From positions 320,001-384,000 of the forward strand of contig CP000071.1 in assembly GCA_000002445.1 (NCBI GenBank): 64,000 nt of DNA, in the 5' to 3' direction. This document shows, in pieces, positions 31,667 through 42,700 of the stretch. The stretch is from Trypanosoma brucei. Its lineage: Eukaryota. The translations under genes were made by a program, and so were the position numbers. Each line of letters opens with the position of its first letter. The stretch's first letter is position 1. The notes under the pieces are model-generated. The model was given only the letters and a program-made list of their open reading frames with translations, ran no database searches and had not been told where the DNA came from.

Positions 31667-34324
31667 TTAGCGGGTGACCAAGAAAGGATGTCTTAACATC
31701 TCTTCACAGTTTGGTCTTTCCTCAGGCCGAATGTGTAGGCACGAATGCAGAAAATCTTCCAATGAAACAAGCAACTGCATGTTTAGTAGACTCTCTATAT
31801 CACATTTGAAGTGATTTGCAGCATTCTCTGATCGATCGCAACGCAGAACGGTGGCCGCGTCGTATCTTCGTTCCTCTTCTCCTTCATGTGCCAACAATTT
31901 AGCAGCACTGTGATGATCATGAACGTCCCTTCCATTAGCCTCAGCGTCATTGCTGTAGCACGCTAACCACCACCGTGCATCACGTACCGCCTCCACAATG
32001 CGTGGCGGTAGCGGCAAATCCTCTTTTGTTGAGGCAACACGAAACATAACGCACAACTGCTCTTCTGCCATATGTTGCCACGGCACTTCTCCTGTTGCAA
32101 GTTCCATAGCCACACAACCAGCGGCCCACACATCGCTGGGCGCGCCTATCCGACTTTTGTCCAGACGGATCACCTCTGGGGCAACGTAAAGCGCAGTGCC
32201 ACGGGGCTCCGCAGTTAGTTCATCATCAACCAACGTGGGATACATAACGGAATCTCCACCGCTTACGCAATTGCAGCTTCCACTCCCGTGAATCCCCGCG
32301 GCCCCAGCCGTCGCGTCGCCACTCTCGGACATCGATGCCACCGGTGGTGTTGAGAGATTATGACGTGTTGGGTCGGAAGGGGCAATGGAACCAGAAAAAG
32401 CAGCCGCATGCGGAGTGCCATCTAAAAGACCCGACGGCCACACAGCGTGACTATGCCCCACACAAGTATGCAGCGAGGTGGGACCCTGCCGTAAGCGCCC
32501 GCAACATCCAAAGTCTGCGAGACGCACGTCACCATCCGCCGTGACAAGAATATTGGCAGTCTTCACATCTAAGTGCGCATAACCATTGGAATGAAGAAAA
32601 TGAAGTGCCTCAACTGTTTGTCGCATAAACCGCTGAATCTCTCTGATGGGAAGCGCAAGTGGGTTGGACCAGGGGCGCTCGGCATTGGCGCGCTGCCTGC
32701 AATCAGAAGAGTAAGGGGAAACTTGGGGAAGTGGAGGAAGAATTCCTCCATCAGTTTCTTCCCTCAAAGAACCTTCTACGGGTCGGTGATTACTCGTCCC
32801 CCCTGCACCTTTTTCCACACACGACGACTGGCAGTACAAATCGTCCCTTCGATGGGGCAGTGGAGAACCACCCCGCTCACTGACGATCTCGGCGCCACAT
32901 CTCGAAGTCAAACGCCGCGCTGCCGCGACGTGCTGCGTCAGGTAGTCAAGCAGCGAACCACGAGCACAGTACTCCATAAAGAGTAAAACGGAAGAACCAC
33001 GTCTCTCCACCCCACGGAATCCAACAATCCACGGCACGCGGCAACGATTCGCCAACCTCAGCACATCCAGTTCGAGTCGCAACTCGCCTACACGTTGCCG
33101 CACTTTCGGGTCATTATCGTCAAAAATAAGCTGTTTTACTGCCAAAACCTCACCTGTCTCGGGGTTACAGCACTGGAAAACTTTTCCCCACCTCCCTCTT
33201 CCGAGGAAGCGGCCTATCCGCATTTCACCATGACGCACGGTAGCACCTTGGATCCATGGTCCAGAGGGCGGATGGGCGGTGCCGGCTTTAGCTTCGACGT
33301 CATCAGTTTGCTTAGCAACCGAGGCGTGACCACATGAAAACGACGGGGGATTAAGCGGGGGCACAGTGGTGTACTGGTTTGTAGAGTAACTGCTCCTCAA
33401 CAGGTGTTGTGCTACTGCATCCGCGTGGAGGGCACCAGTTATTCCTGCTGCGCTGTTATCCCCTACTCTCACCACCAACTCGCAGTGTGTGTCCGAAGTT
33501 TCATCCATTACTTTTACATCCGCTTGTGCTACCGGTCGCTGCTGCGTCCCGCAACGTGTGTGCATTCCATCTGCCTCACTGGAAATCAAACGCGATCGCA
33601 GTAAAAGTAGTTGTGATGATGGAAAAGAAAATGTCCAACGATTTCTGAGGAAATTCAGGTTAGGGATCTCACATCTAACGAAGCGAGGCACAGCATCAAC
33701 AACCAATGACATGATCGCAACTGCTCTTGGCCACAACACGTCACTGAGGAGGTTCATACCTTGAGCTATCGCGTGGGCCATCAAGCCTTGACTGGCATTC
33801 TTGCGTTTGTTATGCCGCACCATTCCATTACGCCTTCCACCACGGCAGATGGGTGCGTGCATGTAGAGGATAGGAATGTGCGCGGAAGAAAACAAGGAAC
33901 TTGAGGGGCTAACTTCAACGCACAGAGGGGTGGTGCCCCGCGGTAACAGCACTGCCGACGACGTTGCGGTCACCACTCCCGACCCACCGGCGCATCGTGT
34001 GCCCTCATCGGTGCTGTCAATGTCCCACAACGTACTGGTGGTGGTGCTCTCTCCCGTCGCAACATTTATCTGGGTTGCGCCGAGTTTCACACGCCGTGGA
34101 GCATTACGATTGGCATGACCGAAAAGACCTGGTGCACCCTTCCACCGAGGCGAACTGGAACAAATGTAAGTGAAAAAGGCTGTGCATACGACCGCCGAGC
34201 CGACGGCAACGGGCAACAGTGAGTTTTGTGCGGCCAACCGAGTTCCCGTCGCGTAGACGAACTTCAGCAAGAAGGGGCCAGTTTGTCGCAACGTACACCC
34301 ACCCGCTGCGCTGTCCTCACTCAT
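31667..34324 (-). CDS. Serine/threonine protein kinase (STE-group-like) with a long N-terminal non-catalytic region and large kinase-domain inserts.
   Basis: Gly loop LGRGRWGKV, VAVK-like LAVKQL, catalytic loop HLDVKTANIL, DFG (ADFGCCG) and APE (YVAPEVIR). The track start at 34357 is GTG; the first ATG is at 34324..34322 (verified). Confidence 0.75.
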   Translation of the reverse strand: MSEDSAAGGCTLRQTGPFLLKFVYATGTRLAAQNSLLPVAVGSAVVCTAFFTYICSSSPRWKGAPGLFGHANRNAPRRVKLGATQINVATGESTTTSTLWDIDSTDEGTRCAGGSGVVTATSSAVLLPRGTTPLCVEVSPSSSLFSSAHIPILYMHAPICRGGRRNGMVRHNKRKNASQGLMAHAIAQGMNLLSDVLWPRAVAIMSLVVDAVPRFVRCEIPNLNFLRNRWTFSFPSSQLLLLRSRLISSEADGMHTRCGTQQRPVAQADVKVMDETSDTHCELVVRVGDNSAAGITGALHADAVAQHLLRSSYSTNQYTTVPPLNPPSFSCGHASVAKQTDDVEAKAGTAHPPSGPWIQGATVRHGEMRIGRFLGRGRWGKVFQCCNPETGEVLAVKQLIFDDNDPKVRQRVGELRLELDVLRLANRCRVPWIVGFRGVERRGSSVLLFMEYCARGSLLDYLTQHVAAARRLTSRCGAEIVSERGGSPLPHRRDDLYCQSSCVEKGAGGTSNHRPVEGSLREETDGGILPPLPQVSPYSSDCRQRANAERPWSNPLALPIREIQRFMRQTVEALHFLHSNGYAHLDVKTANILVTADGDVRLADFGCCGRLRQGPTSLHTCVGHSHAVWPSGLLDGTPHAAAFSGSIAPSDPTRHNLSTPPVASMSESGDATAGAAGIHGSGSCNCVSGGDSVMYPTLVDDELTAEPRGTALYVAPEVIRLDKSRIGAPSDVWAAGCVAMELATGEVPWQHMAEEQLCVMFRVASTKEDLPLPPRIVEAVRDARWWLACYSNDAEANGRDVHDHHSAAKLLAHEGEEERRYDAATVLRCDRSENAANHFKCDIESLLNMQLLVSLEDFLHSCLHIRPEERPNCEEMLRHPFLVTR

Positions 34325-34392
34325 CCTTGACGAAGCGCAAGCAAAGCAGTAACGCACAGGCGTGAGATCTCACCTCTGTCGCAAACTCTTCC

Positions 34393-34408
34393 CCGTTACT
34401 TATATACG

Positions 34409-34429
<21 letters not shown>
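34393..34429. repeat. Interrupted (TA)n microsatellite.
   Basis: Direct read (tatatacgtatatatataaatatatatatatatatat). Confidence 0.85.
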
Positions 34430-34439
<10 letters not shown>

Positions 34440-34816
34440 TCTGTTCCTCACTTGTTAGAAGAGCAACCTCCCAGCACACCCTGATTTGTTTCCGAATTCC
34501 CCTGATTTCTCCTCCCTTCCAGACCTGAACTTCAAAAAACACCAAAGCAGGAACCCTTTGCTTTCTTCTACGAAGTAACCCCGAGCTGCCTGTTTTTCAG
34601 TCCACTTCCTCTCTCCAACCAACAGACACAGCGGTGGGAAACAAGAGAGCCCTTTGCTTTTTTTTGGTATTTCGTGCAAGCACGAGCACCCAAAACGCAG
34701 CTCGCAAGCTGATGAATGAGTGAAAGGAAAGTGGGGACCTTTCCGCGCTTAGTCTGAGCCAACTATCCCCCTCCCTTTGGAGAATAAACCCGAGAATACA
34801 CACAGACGCAGACGAG

Positions 34817-34841
34817 CACACACACACACACACACACACAC
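34817..34841. repeat. (CA)12 microsatellite.
   Basis: Direct read. Confidence 0.9.
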
Positions 34842-35679
34842 GTAAGGAATATTTGCGGAATGCACCAACAAAGGCCTAAAAGCCACCCTTACACACTTTC
34901 TGTGCACCGTCGCCCACCTTTCCCTGTATACCCTTTTCTCTCCTTTTTATTTGCAGCTGCCGTATATCCTCGTGTAGAAGTATGTTTTTTTTTTCTTTCT
35001 CCGTAAATGGGTAAACTGATGTGCAGTGCCTTCCACTTGAATCACCGTCTAAAACACAAAGCACGCACCGTTTGACTACTTTACAGCAATCTCACGGTGT
35101 AGTTTGGGCACGTCCCTTTCCCTTTTGCTTGGGCGTAAACACCAAACCTTCCCCAATTACTACAGCAATGATGTGGAAGGAAAGAAAAGGGGGAAAGCAT
35201 GAAAATTAACACAGCTACGGCGAGATGGAAATAAAACGACTAACAAAACAAGAGAGACAGGCGGTGTTAGCGCCCTTCGCAAGGCTCCCGGGGAAATTTC
35301 AACAGTAAAAAAAAAAAGAAGCACAAGAAACGTGCACAAAAAATGGGGAAGGCACCCAAAAATTATAAAGTGGCTGCATCACCGCTACTACTGCCTCACA
35401 CGCCAATAGCATCATACCTGACTTACTCTTGCCCGACGTGCTTTCGGTTATTCTTTCACTCTTCAGTTGGTCCAAGTGCACTCACTCGCCCCATCACCTC
35501 CACTTTGTTGCCCACCTTTTCACCCCTGTGGCCGCCTCTTTGTAAAAGAAAAAAGCAGACAAGCAAATGGGGGAAAGGCGCAAGTTCACATAATGGGATT
35601 CCGATGGCATGCGAGTCCAACTTGTCGCCCAAACGCGTCACGTCTTCTCTCTGTCAAGCGCCATATGACCCCTTGGTGC

Positions 35680-36252
35680 TTACTCGTCATCATCACCACC
35701 ACCGCTACCCTTCTTCGCAGCGTTCCTTTTCACACGCTTCACGCGACCTGGGCGACCATTGCCGAATGGCGACGCATCCGCAAAGGCGATGTGGTGCTCA
35801 GAGCTCACGCGCACGATAAAGGAAGGAATCGTAACGATTTGCTTAGCAACAGCAATGTGCCGCTGTTGGATAAGAACACGGGAGTGGTGAACTGACTTTG
35901 CGAGGCCATGCTTGAAGACGACCGTTTGAAGGCGGCGCTCGAGAATGTCGGGAACGGTGAGAGAAAGCACATAATCGAGTTTGTCCTTATCTTCGTCGAG
36001 GAAACCATATCCGTGGCAGCGGCGCATAATCGCAGAGCCCTCAAGAAGGCGGCGCGGGTGGTTCTCCGGAAGCGTCAGCAAAAGGCGAGCAGTGCGACGC
36101 ATCTTTGAGAGTGTCATGTTGACGCGCCAAATCTCGCGCTTGCAGCGCAGGCCGTACTGCCCGCAGAGCTTCATCTCACGGTCGAGACGCTCCTTCTCGA
36201 AGGGTCGCCGTGGGGCCTTCCACACGCGGTTGAAGTTGTTGTAGTTGCGCAT
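35680..36252 (-). CDS. RPS9: 40S ribosomal protein S9 (uS4).
   Basis: Near full-length identity pattern to eukaryotic S9 ([44 protein letters not shown]...). ATG at 36252 verified. Acidic C-terminal tail. Confidence 0.9.
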   Translation of the reverse strand: MRNYNNFNRVWKAPRRPFEKERLDREMKLCGQYGLRCKREIWRVNMTLSKMRRTARLLLTLPENHPRRLLEGSAIMRRCHGYGFLDEDKDKLDYVLSLTVPDILERRLQTVVFKHGLAKSVHHSRVLIQQRHIAVAKQIVTIPSFIVRVSSEHHIAFADASPFGNGRPGRVKRVKRNAAKKGSGGGDDDE

Positions 36253-36390
36253 GGGCGTGCCGATCTGTTACTCTGCAAATAATGCACGGACGCGATGATT
36301 GCCCTTTATTTTTGATTGTGGTTGTTATATTGTTGTTGTTATTGTTGTTTTAAGTTTGCGAGGCATCGGCGGCCACATTTGTTTGTTTGC

Positions 36391-36470
36391 GAACAAAAGG
36401 CACAGCGGTTCGCAACGAAGTGAGAAACACCAAGAAAAACAAAGGGAAAGGGACGGGGAGATAAAGGAGT
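36391..36470 (-). promoter_or_regulatory. Polypyrimidine tract (coding strand) upstream of RPS9. Candidate trans-splicing acceptor region.
   Basis: Purine-rich on the + strand (gaacaaaaggcacagcgg...aaagggaaagggacggggagataaaggag). Composition only. Confidence 0.3.
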
Positions 36471-37126
36471 TCCATGAGTTGCCTTCAAGTATATACCAGC
36501 AGGAATGACATAGAGAGAGAGAGCGGTGACGTCATTTGGGCATTATAACTATGAGTCGAAGGCGTGCAAACGGAAGGGCACACACACACACACACATGAG
36601 TGTGGCAGTGGCTATAGTATGAAAGACGGAGAGAAAAAAAAAGGAAATACCGCCGTCAAACAAACACCCACCACCGGCATCCCAGACTCCAAAAGCAGGG
36701 ATGAAATCACGGGGAGACCGAAGCAAAACAAACAAAAGAGGGATAAATTATGGGCACGAAGAGGGAGGGACGGAAAGCATCATGTTCACATAAAATCACG
36801 ACTCAAAACGCGCAAACAGACACATTTATAGATGATAAAGGGGACATATTGGCGGCACCACAAGGATGGAATTCCTGCCCGTGCGCAATAAAGTTTTGTA
36901 CAACCGAGAAGTTATGCGACACCATTCCCCTCTCATCACGCCTGCGCACACCGAAACATCAACCTTTCTCACTGCTTTCATTCTCTACGTCCTGTGTCAC
37001 TGCCCATCCCTTCTTTCAACGATTTCCTTTTTTTTTTCTTTCTCTACCTTTCCCACTTGTTTGTCCCTACCTCCTTTACACGAGGTTATGTACCCAATAC
37101 CTTCACTGATCAGCCTCTCCGGCGAG

Positions 37127-37498
37127 CTAAACTTTCCCCAGAAACTTCCTGTAGAAGAGGTATACGTCCAATACGAAGAGCAAAGTTAAGACAAGACCCT
37201 TGATAACCCACTCCTTGTACACACGCAGGCGAATATCTCGAATAATCCTACGCGCTTCGCGCAGTTCTCCTCGCGTTTCCCCCACGTGTTCCACAGAGTT
37301 TGTAATTGTTTCCTTTTGCCTACTTAGCTCTTGCATGGTGGCATATCCGGCCTCGTTCGTGGAGGTGTTTGTCCGCAACGCACGCAACAAATTCTCATTC
37401 GCCTCTCGCATCATTTGTTCGGTACTTTTAGTTTTAGCAACGCCACCTGTTGCCCCATCCCGTTTCGAGCCGTAAACTCCAACGCCGTCCCCGCTCAT
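37127..37498 (-). CDS. Small tail-anchored coiled-coil protein, possibly a Qc/Qb-SNARE-like (Bet1/Sft1-type) protein.
   Basis: Trimmed to the ATG at 37498..37496 (verified). Gly-rich N-terminus, central heptad-like region (ATMQELSRQKETITNSVEHVGETRGELREARRIIRDIRLRV) and C-terminal TM helix (VIKGLVLTLLFVLDVYLFY). The family call is a pattern-based guess. Confidence 0.4.
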   Translation of the reverse strand: MSGDGVGVYGSKRDGATGGVAKTKSTEQMMREANENLLRALRTNTSTNEAGYATMQELSRQKETITNSVEHVGETRGELREARRIIRDIRLRVYKEWVIKGLVLTLLFVLDVYLFYRKFLGKV

Positions 37499-39789
37499 TC
37501 GACTACACAACACGTAAACAAACAAACAAACAATTTCCAATGCTGGTGCTGGTGTTACCGTTTCCTTCCCTTCCCCTTTCTGGCAACGAGCTAGTGAAAT
37601 ATAAGAAGAAAATGAAAATGAAAATGAAAAAATAAATACAAAGGGACGCCAACATATTCACCAAAGTGGCAAATGCATTTCAGAAACAAAATAAAGAAAA
37701 GAGAAGGTGATCAGGAAATGAGGTGCCGCACGGATGGGTTTCCACACTCGTTTACTTGAACTGACCGTGTCATTTGCTTTTTTCTTTCTTTCCTTTTCCC
37801 CTTTCTTGCCTCTGACACCCTTTTTTTAACGGCATTTGCGGGATCATACGCTCCCACACCGTTATTTACGGGTGCGGCGGCAAGTTTCCCCATGCAAACA
37901 TTCATTTAGTCCTTCCGGTCACACATCAAAATACAAAAAGCCATAGCAAAACGCAAACATGCGCAGCACAGTCGCAATTGATACATATTAACGGAAGAAA
38001 AATAAAAAGAAAAAAAAATCGAATTGGGAAGCAGAAACGAAGAAGTATCGACCCTGCAGAATAGACAAAAATTACGAATATAGAAAAAACGAAAAAAACG
38101 AAAACAAGTAAAAAATGAAAGGGAATAGTGAAAAACAAGGTTCAACACGAATTTGAAACATCAGAAACGACACGAAACATATGACTTCAAGACACTGACA
38201 CTTCTATTCCAATTTTTCATGCAGCCCCTCTTCTCCCTTTCCTTGCTCACCTTCATACCCTCGCACATTTGCTTTTATTTATTTATTATTGTTATTTTTC
38301 TCGCTTCTAACCGCTTTATTTATTTATTTCCACTTTCGTTTTCACCTTATTTCGTTTGGGTGCTTGTTTCTTTTTTCTTTTTTTTTTTGATAACTGTCTG
38401 TTTTTTTTCCTTTTCCGAAGTCCAACATCAAATATATTCCACACCGTTACCCCCTTTTCCATCCCCCCGGTTGTCTGCACGTCAGTTGTTAATTCGCATT
38501 TTCTTCACTTGCATCAAATTGATTTAAAAGGCAAACGAAAAAAAAAAAATGACGGCACTCAGCTGCACGCACCTCAACAGCGAATGAAATAAGCGACGAT
38601 GAATATAATAATAGTAGTAATAAACAATATTATTATTACTGTTATATGGCCTTTTATAAATCGTGGAACTACTTTTATGATTAAAACGACGACTAGAAAA
38701 GCAGTAAAATCAATAAAAAGCGGCATTGAAATATCATTGTAGTTGCCACCCAAACACAACGTAACCACTCACGTAATATATTCGAAACCAGTGGAAGGAA
38801 GAAGAAGGGGGAAAAAACAAAGTAAACAAATATCTAATTGAAAAAAGTAGAAAAAGGTGATGCAAATGAAGGAACGATATTGAATATTTGTCATCGGTTA
38901 TTCAAAATATCTCATTTGATCTCTCTTTTTTATATTTTTTTTATATACTGCCTTTCGTGCTTTCAACGTGAGTAATTTAAACAATAAACAAAAAAGTAGA
39001 CGACTCTACCTAACCGTAACCACGCATAAAATCAAATATACATATATTGAAATCTTTGCATCTTATACATTTTTTTCATTAATTTTAACGCACCTTATGT
39101 TTTAAATATAAACAAGACAGATATAACCATTTGCTTCGATCACTTCACATATGATCGAATGGAGCGAGAAGCTAAACATGATGATAAAAAAAAAACAACG
39201 GAAAAAACTAAGTTATAATCATAAAGTTGGAAAATAAAATAATATGGAAGTACAAAAAGATGAGAATAGACCGCTTTTTTTTTTTCAATATACCGTACCT
39301 TATATAAATAAGTTGACATAAATATGTCCTCGATACTTTACTTTGGTATAACACAATATTGCCCATTGCGTTCACCAACTGCCTCCAACGTTGCACCTCC
39401 TCGCTTCACTTTAGTTCCCCTTCACCCCGCCTTTTGCTTCCAACATTGTCAATGCCCTTCATATTTTATTTATTACTTGATCACTCGTTCATCCCTGCGC
39501 GGGTGCTGAAGGAGGGAGTAGGAGACCACAAAAGGGCGAAAAAACAAAAAAATAAGGTAATAGTGTTGGAAAGTACTGATATGATTGTTTCTAACGCAGG
39601 CAATAGCAATCAGTATGCAACTCTGTTTATTAAATGTCGCTCACATCGCAGCTCTTCTTTTCGTTCAGATTTATAAACTTTTGACCGTTTGTCTGTTCCC
39701 TCTACGGCACTGACAAACAGTTCTGTCTTCGCATCCAATTACTCACACCGTAGAGTTGCTGTTTATTTCGTCGTAAGTGATCCCACTGT

Positions 39790-42700
39790 TTAACCAGAAT
39801 GGTCACCGTCACCTCCAAGCAGCGTACTAGATAAGGAGAAATTGTCCCGGCATGTCGATCTCCCCGTTGCATTGGCTGCAAGCGACTCTGAAGTTGGTAC
39901 CATCTCGCCGTACGGAGCTTGTGGAGGAATGGGAGAAGGAGACCCCTCCCGTACCGACCCGGAGGTGTGGTCACTGCTTAAGGGGGACGAGAATCCGGTT
40001 CGCTGTCGCGCGCGATCGCGGTTTAGATGCCCGCGACATGACCGTAGGGCTCGTCTGTGCAGCGGTGACTGCTGTTCAGAACCGATTCGCGGTAACGGTG
40101 ACTGCTGTTCAGAACGATACCTTAGGAGCGGGGACTGCTGTTCTGAATTGAATCGTGATGGCGCGGCGTGCGGGCTTCGCGCGACGCAGCTTATTGGTAA
40201 TCGCTCCTGTTTTGCACACCGAGGGAGCATGGTTCGGGGTAATCGGCGTCGCCTCCTGCCCTCCCGCCGCGCAAAAGCATCCTCCCGCCCATCTGCCTGC
40301 ACAGGTGGCACTGCGGACGGTCGCTCAGCTCGTGTCTCGGCATCAGCAGATCCCACAGCGGTAGCAACGGCTGCCGTGTCCTCCGACGGCACGCACTGAT
40401 CTAAACACCACAACGGACACAGTTTTAGCGCGCCCACTTTAGAAGTATCTCCACTGTTGCAACTGCCAGACTCTCCGAAGTTGGTGGTCCATTCTTTACA
40501 GCCACTTTCAGCGACGTGATCGTCATAATGGCATGAGTGCTCGCCGTGCGAAATAGATACGGTAGAGAAGAATGTAACAAACTGGTCTCTCGTGAGGTAA
40601 TCTGCTTGAGCATTTTTTACGCCGATGTTGTTCACAACACTTTTGAGTAACGCCACTTGGCACCTCAGGGACGACGCCCTCGACAATGCCCTGCTCAACA
40701 CCCCCAAGGACTCTGACAAACTACAACACTCCGCCGATCCAAGAAGGTGTTGCCCCACGTCGCGTATTAGACAAAATATAATTTGCTGCTCTTGACGTGT
40801 TGGCGGATCCAGCATGCATCGACCAATGTGATTAAAAGTAACGGCAAATTGATCAAATGTCAGTTTCCCATCGTGCGTGTTGTTGAGTGCCTTAAAGTGT
40901 TGCAGGGTTGATCGGATGGTATCACAGGCAAACCTCTCGTGCAAATGCAGCAAGACAGGATATACTCTCATGCAATCCAAGTCGCTCATAGTGGCACTTA
41001 CGGATTGTCGGCTCCACAACACGGATGACGAGTGCGTTGAAGATTCCTCATCTGAGTCCACAGCCATTTCGACATGCGCCGGCGTATAAGAAGCTAGCGC
41101 TGTACTGCTAGCTGAGTTTGCTGGAGTCCAATCGTCGCAGTACTCTCCTGCTTTGGATACCGGGGAAGGCATGGGAATGACAGCGTCTGCGGACACACCG
41201 CTAGGCTCGTCACACAACACTGTTGTTCCGGCTGCTGGCTTCTCATCAGAGCCTCTCTGGGGGAAAAAATCGATGTCAAACGACCCGGTGAGGTCCAAAA
41301 CCACAGATTCATCAGAATCCTCGACACCGACACTATCAACAACGTCAACGATGTCACCCACTGCCGCATGTCCACACGCATCCTTGTCAAAGATTTGAAA
41401 TAGAGTGAATATAGTGTTGTCCTCCATCATCCCACCGGCACGTGAAATGGAGCGGAGCGCTGAAACCAGAGAGTTGAAACTCAACCTTATTTTCCGCCAA
41501 GAGTCATCCCTCTGGTTGCCTCCTCCGCAACATCCGCCCGACGGTAGGACGGAAGATCCCCCCATTGTATTCGGGATTCCCCTACATCCGTCACCTGTTC
41601 TTTCAGCCAAATTCAACATTAAACCACTGGGGGAGAGAGTTACTCCGCTCCCGATGAATTTGCCATTATCATCTGTGATCGGCTGCTCTTCGGCAAAATG
41701 GTCCGTTGTAATGCATGACAAGAGGTCACCAGGCATGTCAACATCACGAAAAACGTGACGCAGCAACGCCGTTTGGAAACGAGCTGAGAACAGTGACGTG
41801 AAGCATGGGTTGAACCTGCGAAGAAAGGTCACATACCGTATATATGGCGATCCCTCTTCATAAGACGACCCAACAAGGTACGGAGCTAGAAAGTACCACG
41901 GTATGTCCATGTTTAGGACCTTCCGCATGATATCACACCATTCGACCTTGTGGATGGTGCCATTCTTCCCACTATCCGCTCTGACAAATGAGGAAAGTAA
42001 GGAGTACCGGCTGCTATAGATAATTCCGACGAGGACATCAAGCATGCGTGCCCTTGCCAGCATCCGCTCCCTTGTATCGTCCACGCACCGCACCAACTCA
42101 ATTGGTGAATGGACTGGGCCAGCCTTTCTGGAACTATCAACAGTCTTGGCGCGTGGACTCTCATGATGTGAGGGAGATTCCCCATCCTTAACACTCGAAA
42201 CTCCCCCCATGGCTTTGGTGTCGCCGGAACCGTTGCCGTCTTGCCCAACCGGCGACTCTTCAGCATCCACACCGCGTGAAAAGTCGGTGAGTCCCTCCAG
42301 CAGATCACTCATAACAACGTCCCTCACCACCGTTTCGGCATCTCGCAAAAACCATGTGTGAAAGGTCGGCTGCACAGAACCCTTTTCCAACACTGCGATG
42401 GCTCCACGATTGTTGGAAACACCAGTGTAGTTTGATGCGCTAAAAACCGTACAGTTACTACGCCCATGAACAAACTGAAACCCTGCCTGCACCATCTGAT
42501 GGGAACGGACAACGAGTTTCAGTTTATTTAACCGCAGAAAATTCTCAGTGATGGGTTCAAGATACTCCACACCAACGCCCCGCACGCTGCTCCGCCAATT
42601 CGCACCTTGATGCCTCACCCCTATCCTACGGGAAAGATAAGTATCCACAGGATCATTCCACAGGAGCTCTGAGGCCAACCGCTCGCCGTCTGTTCGCGGC

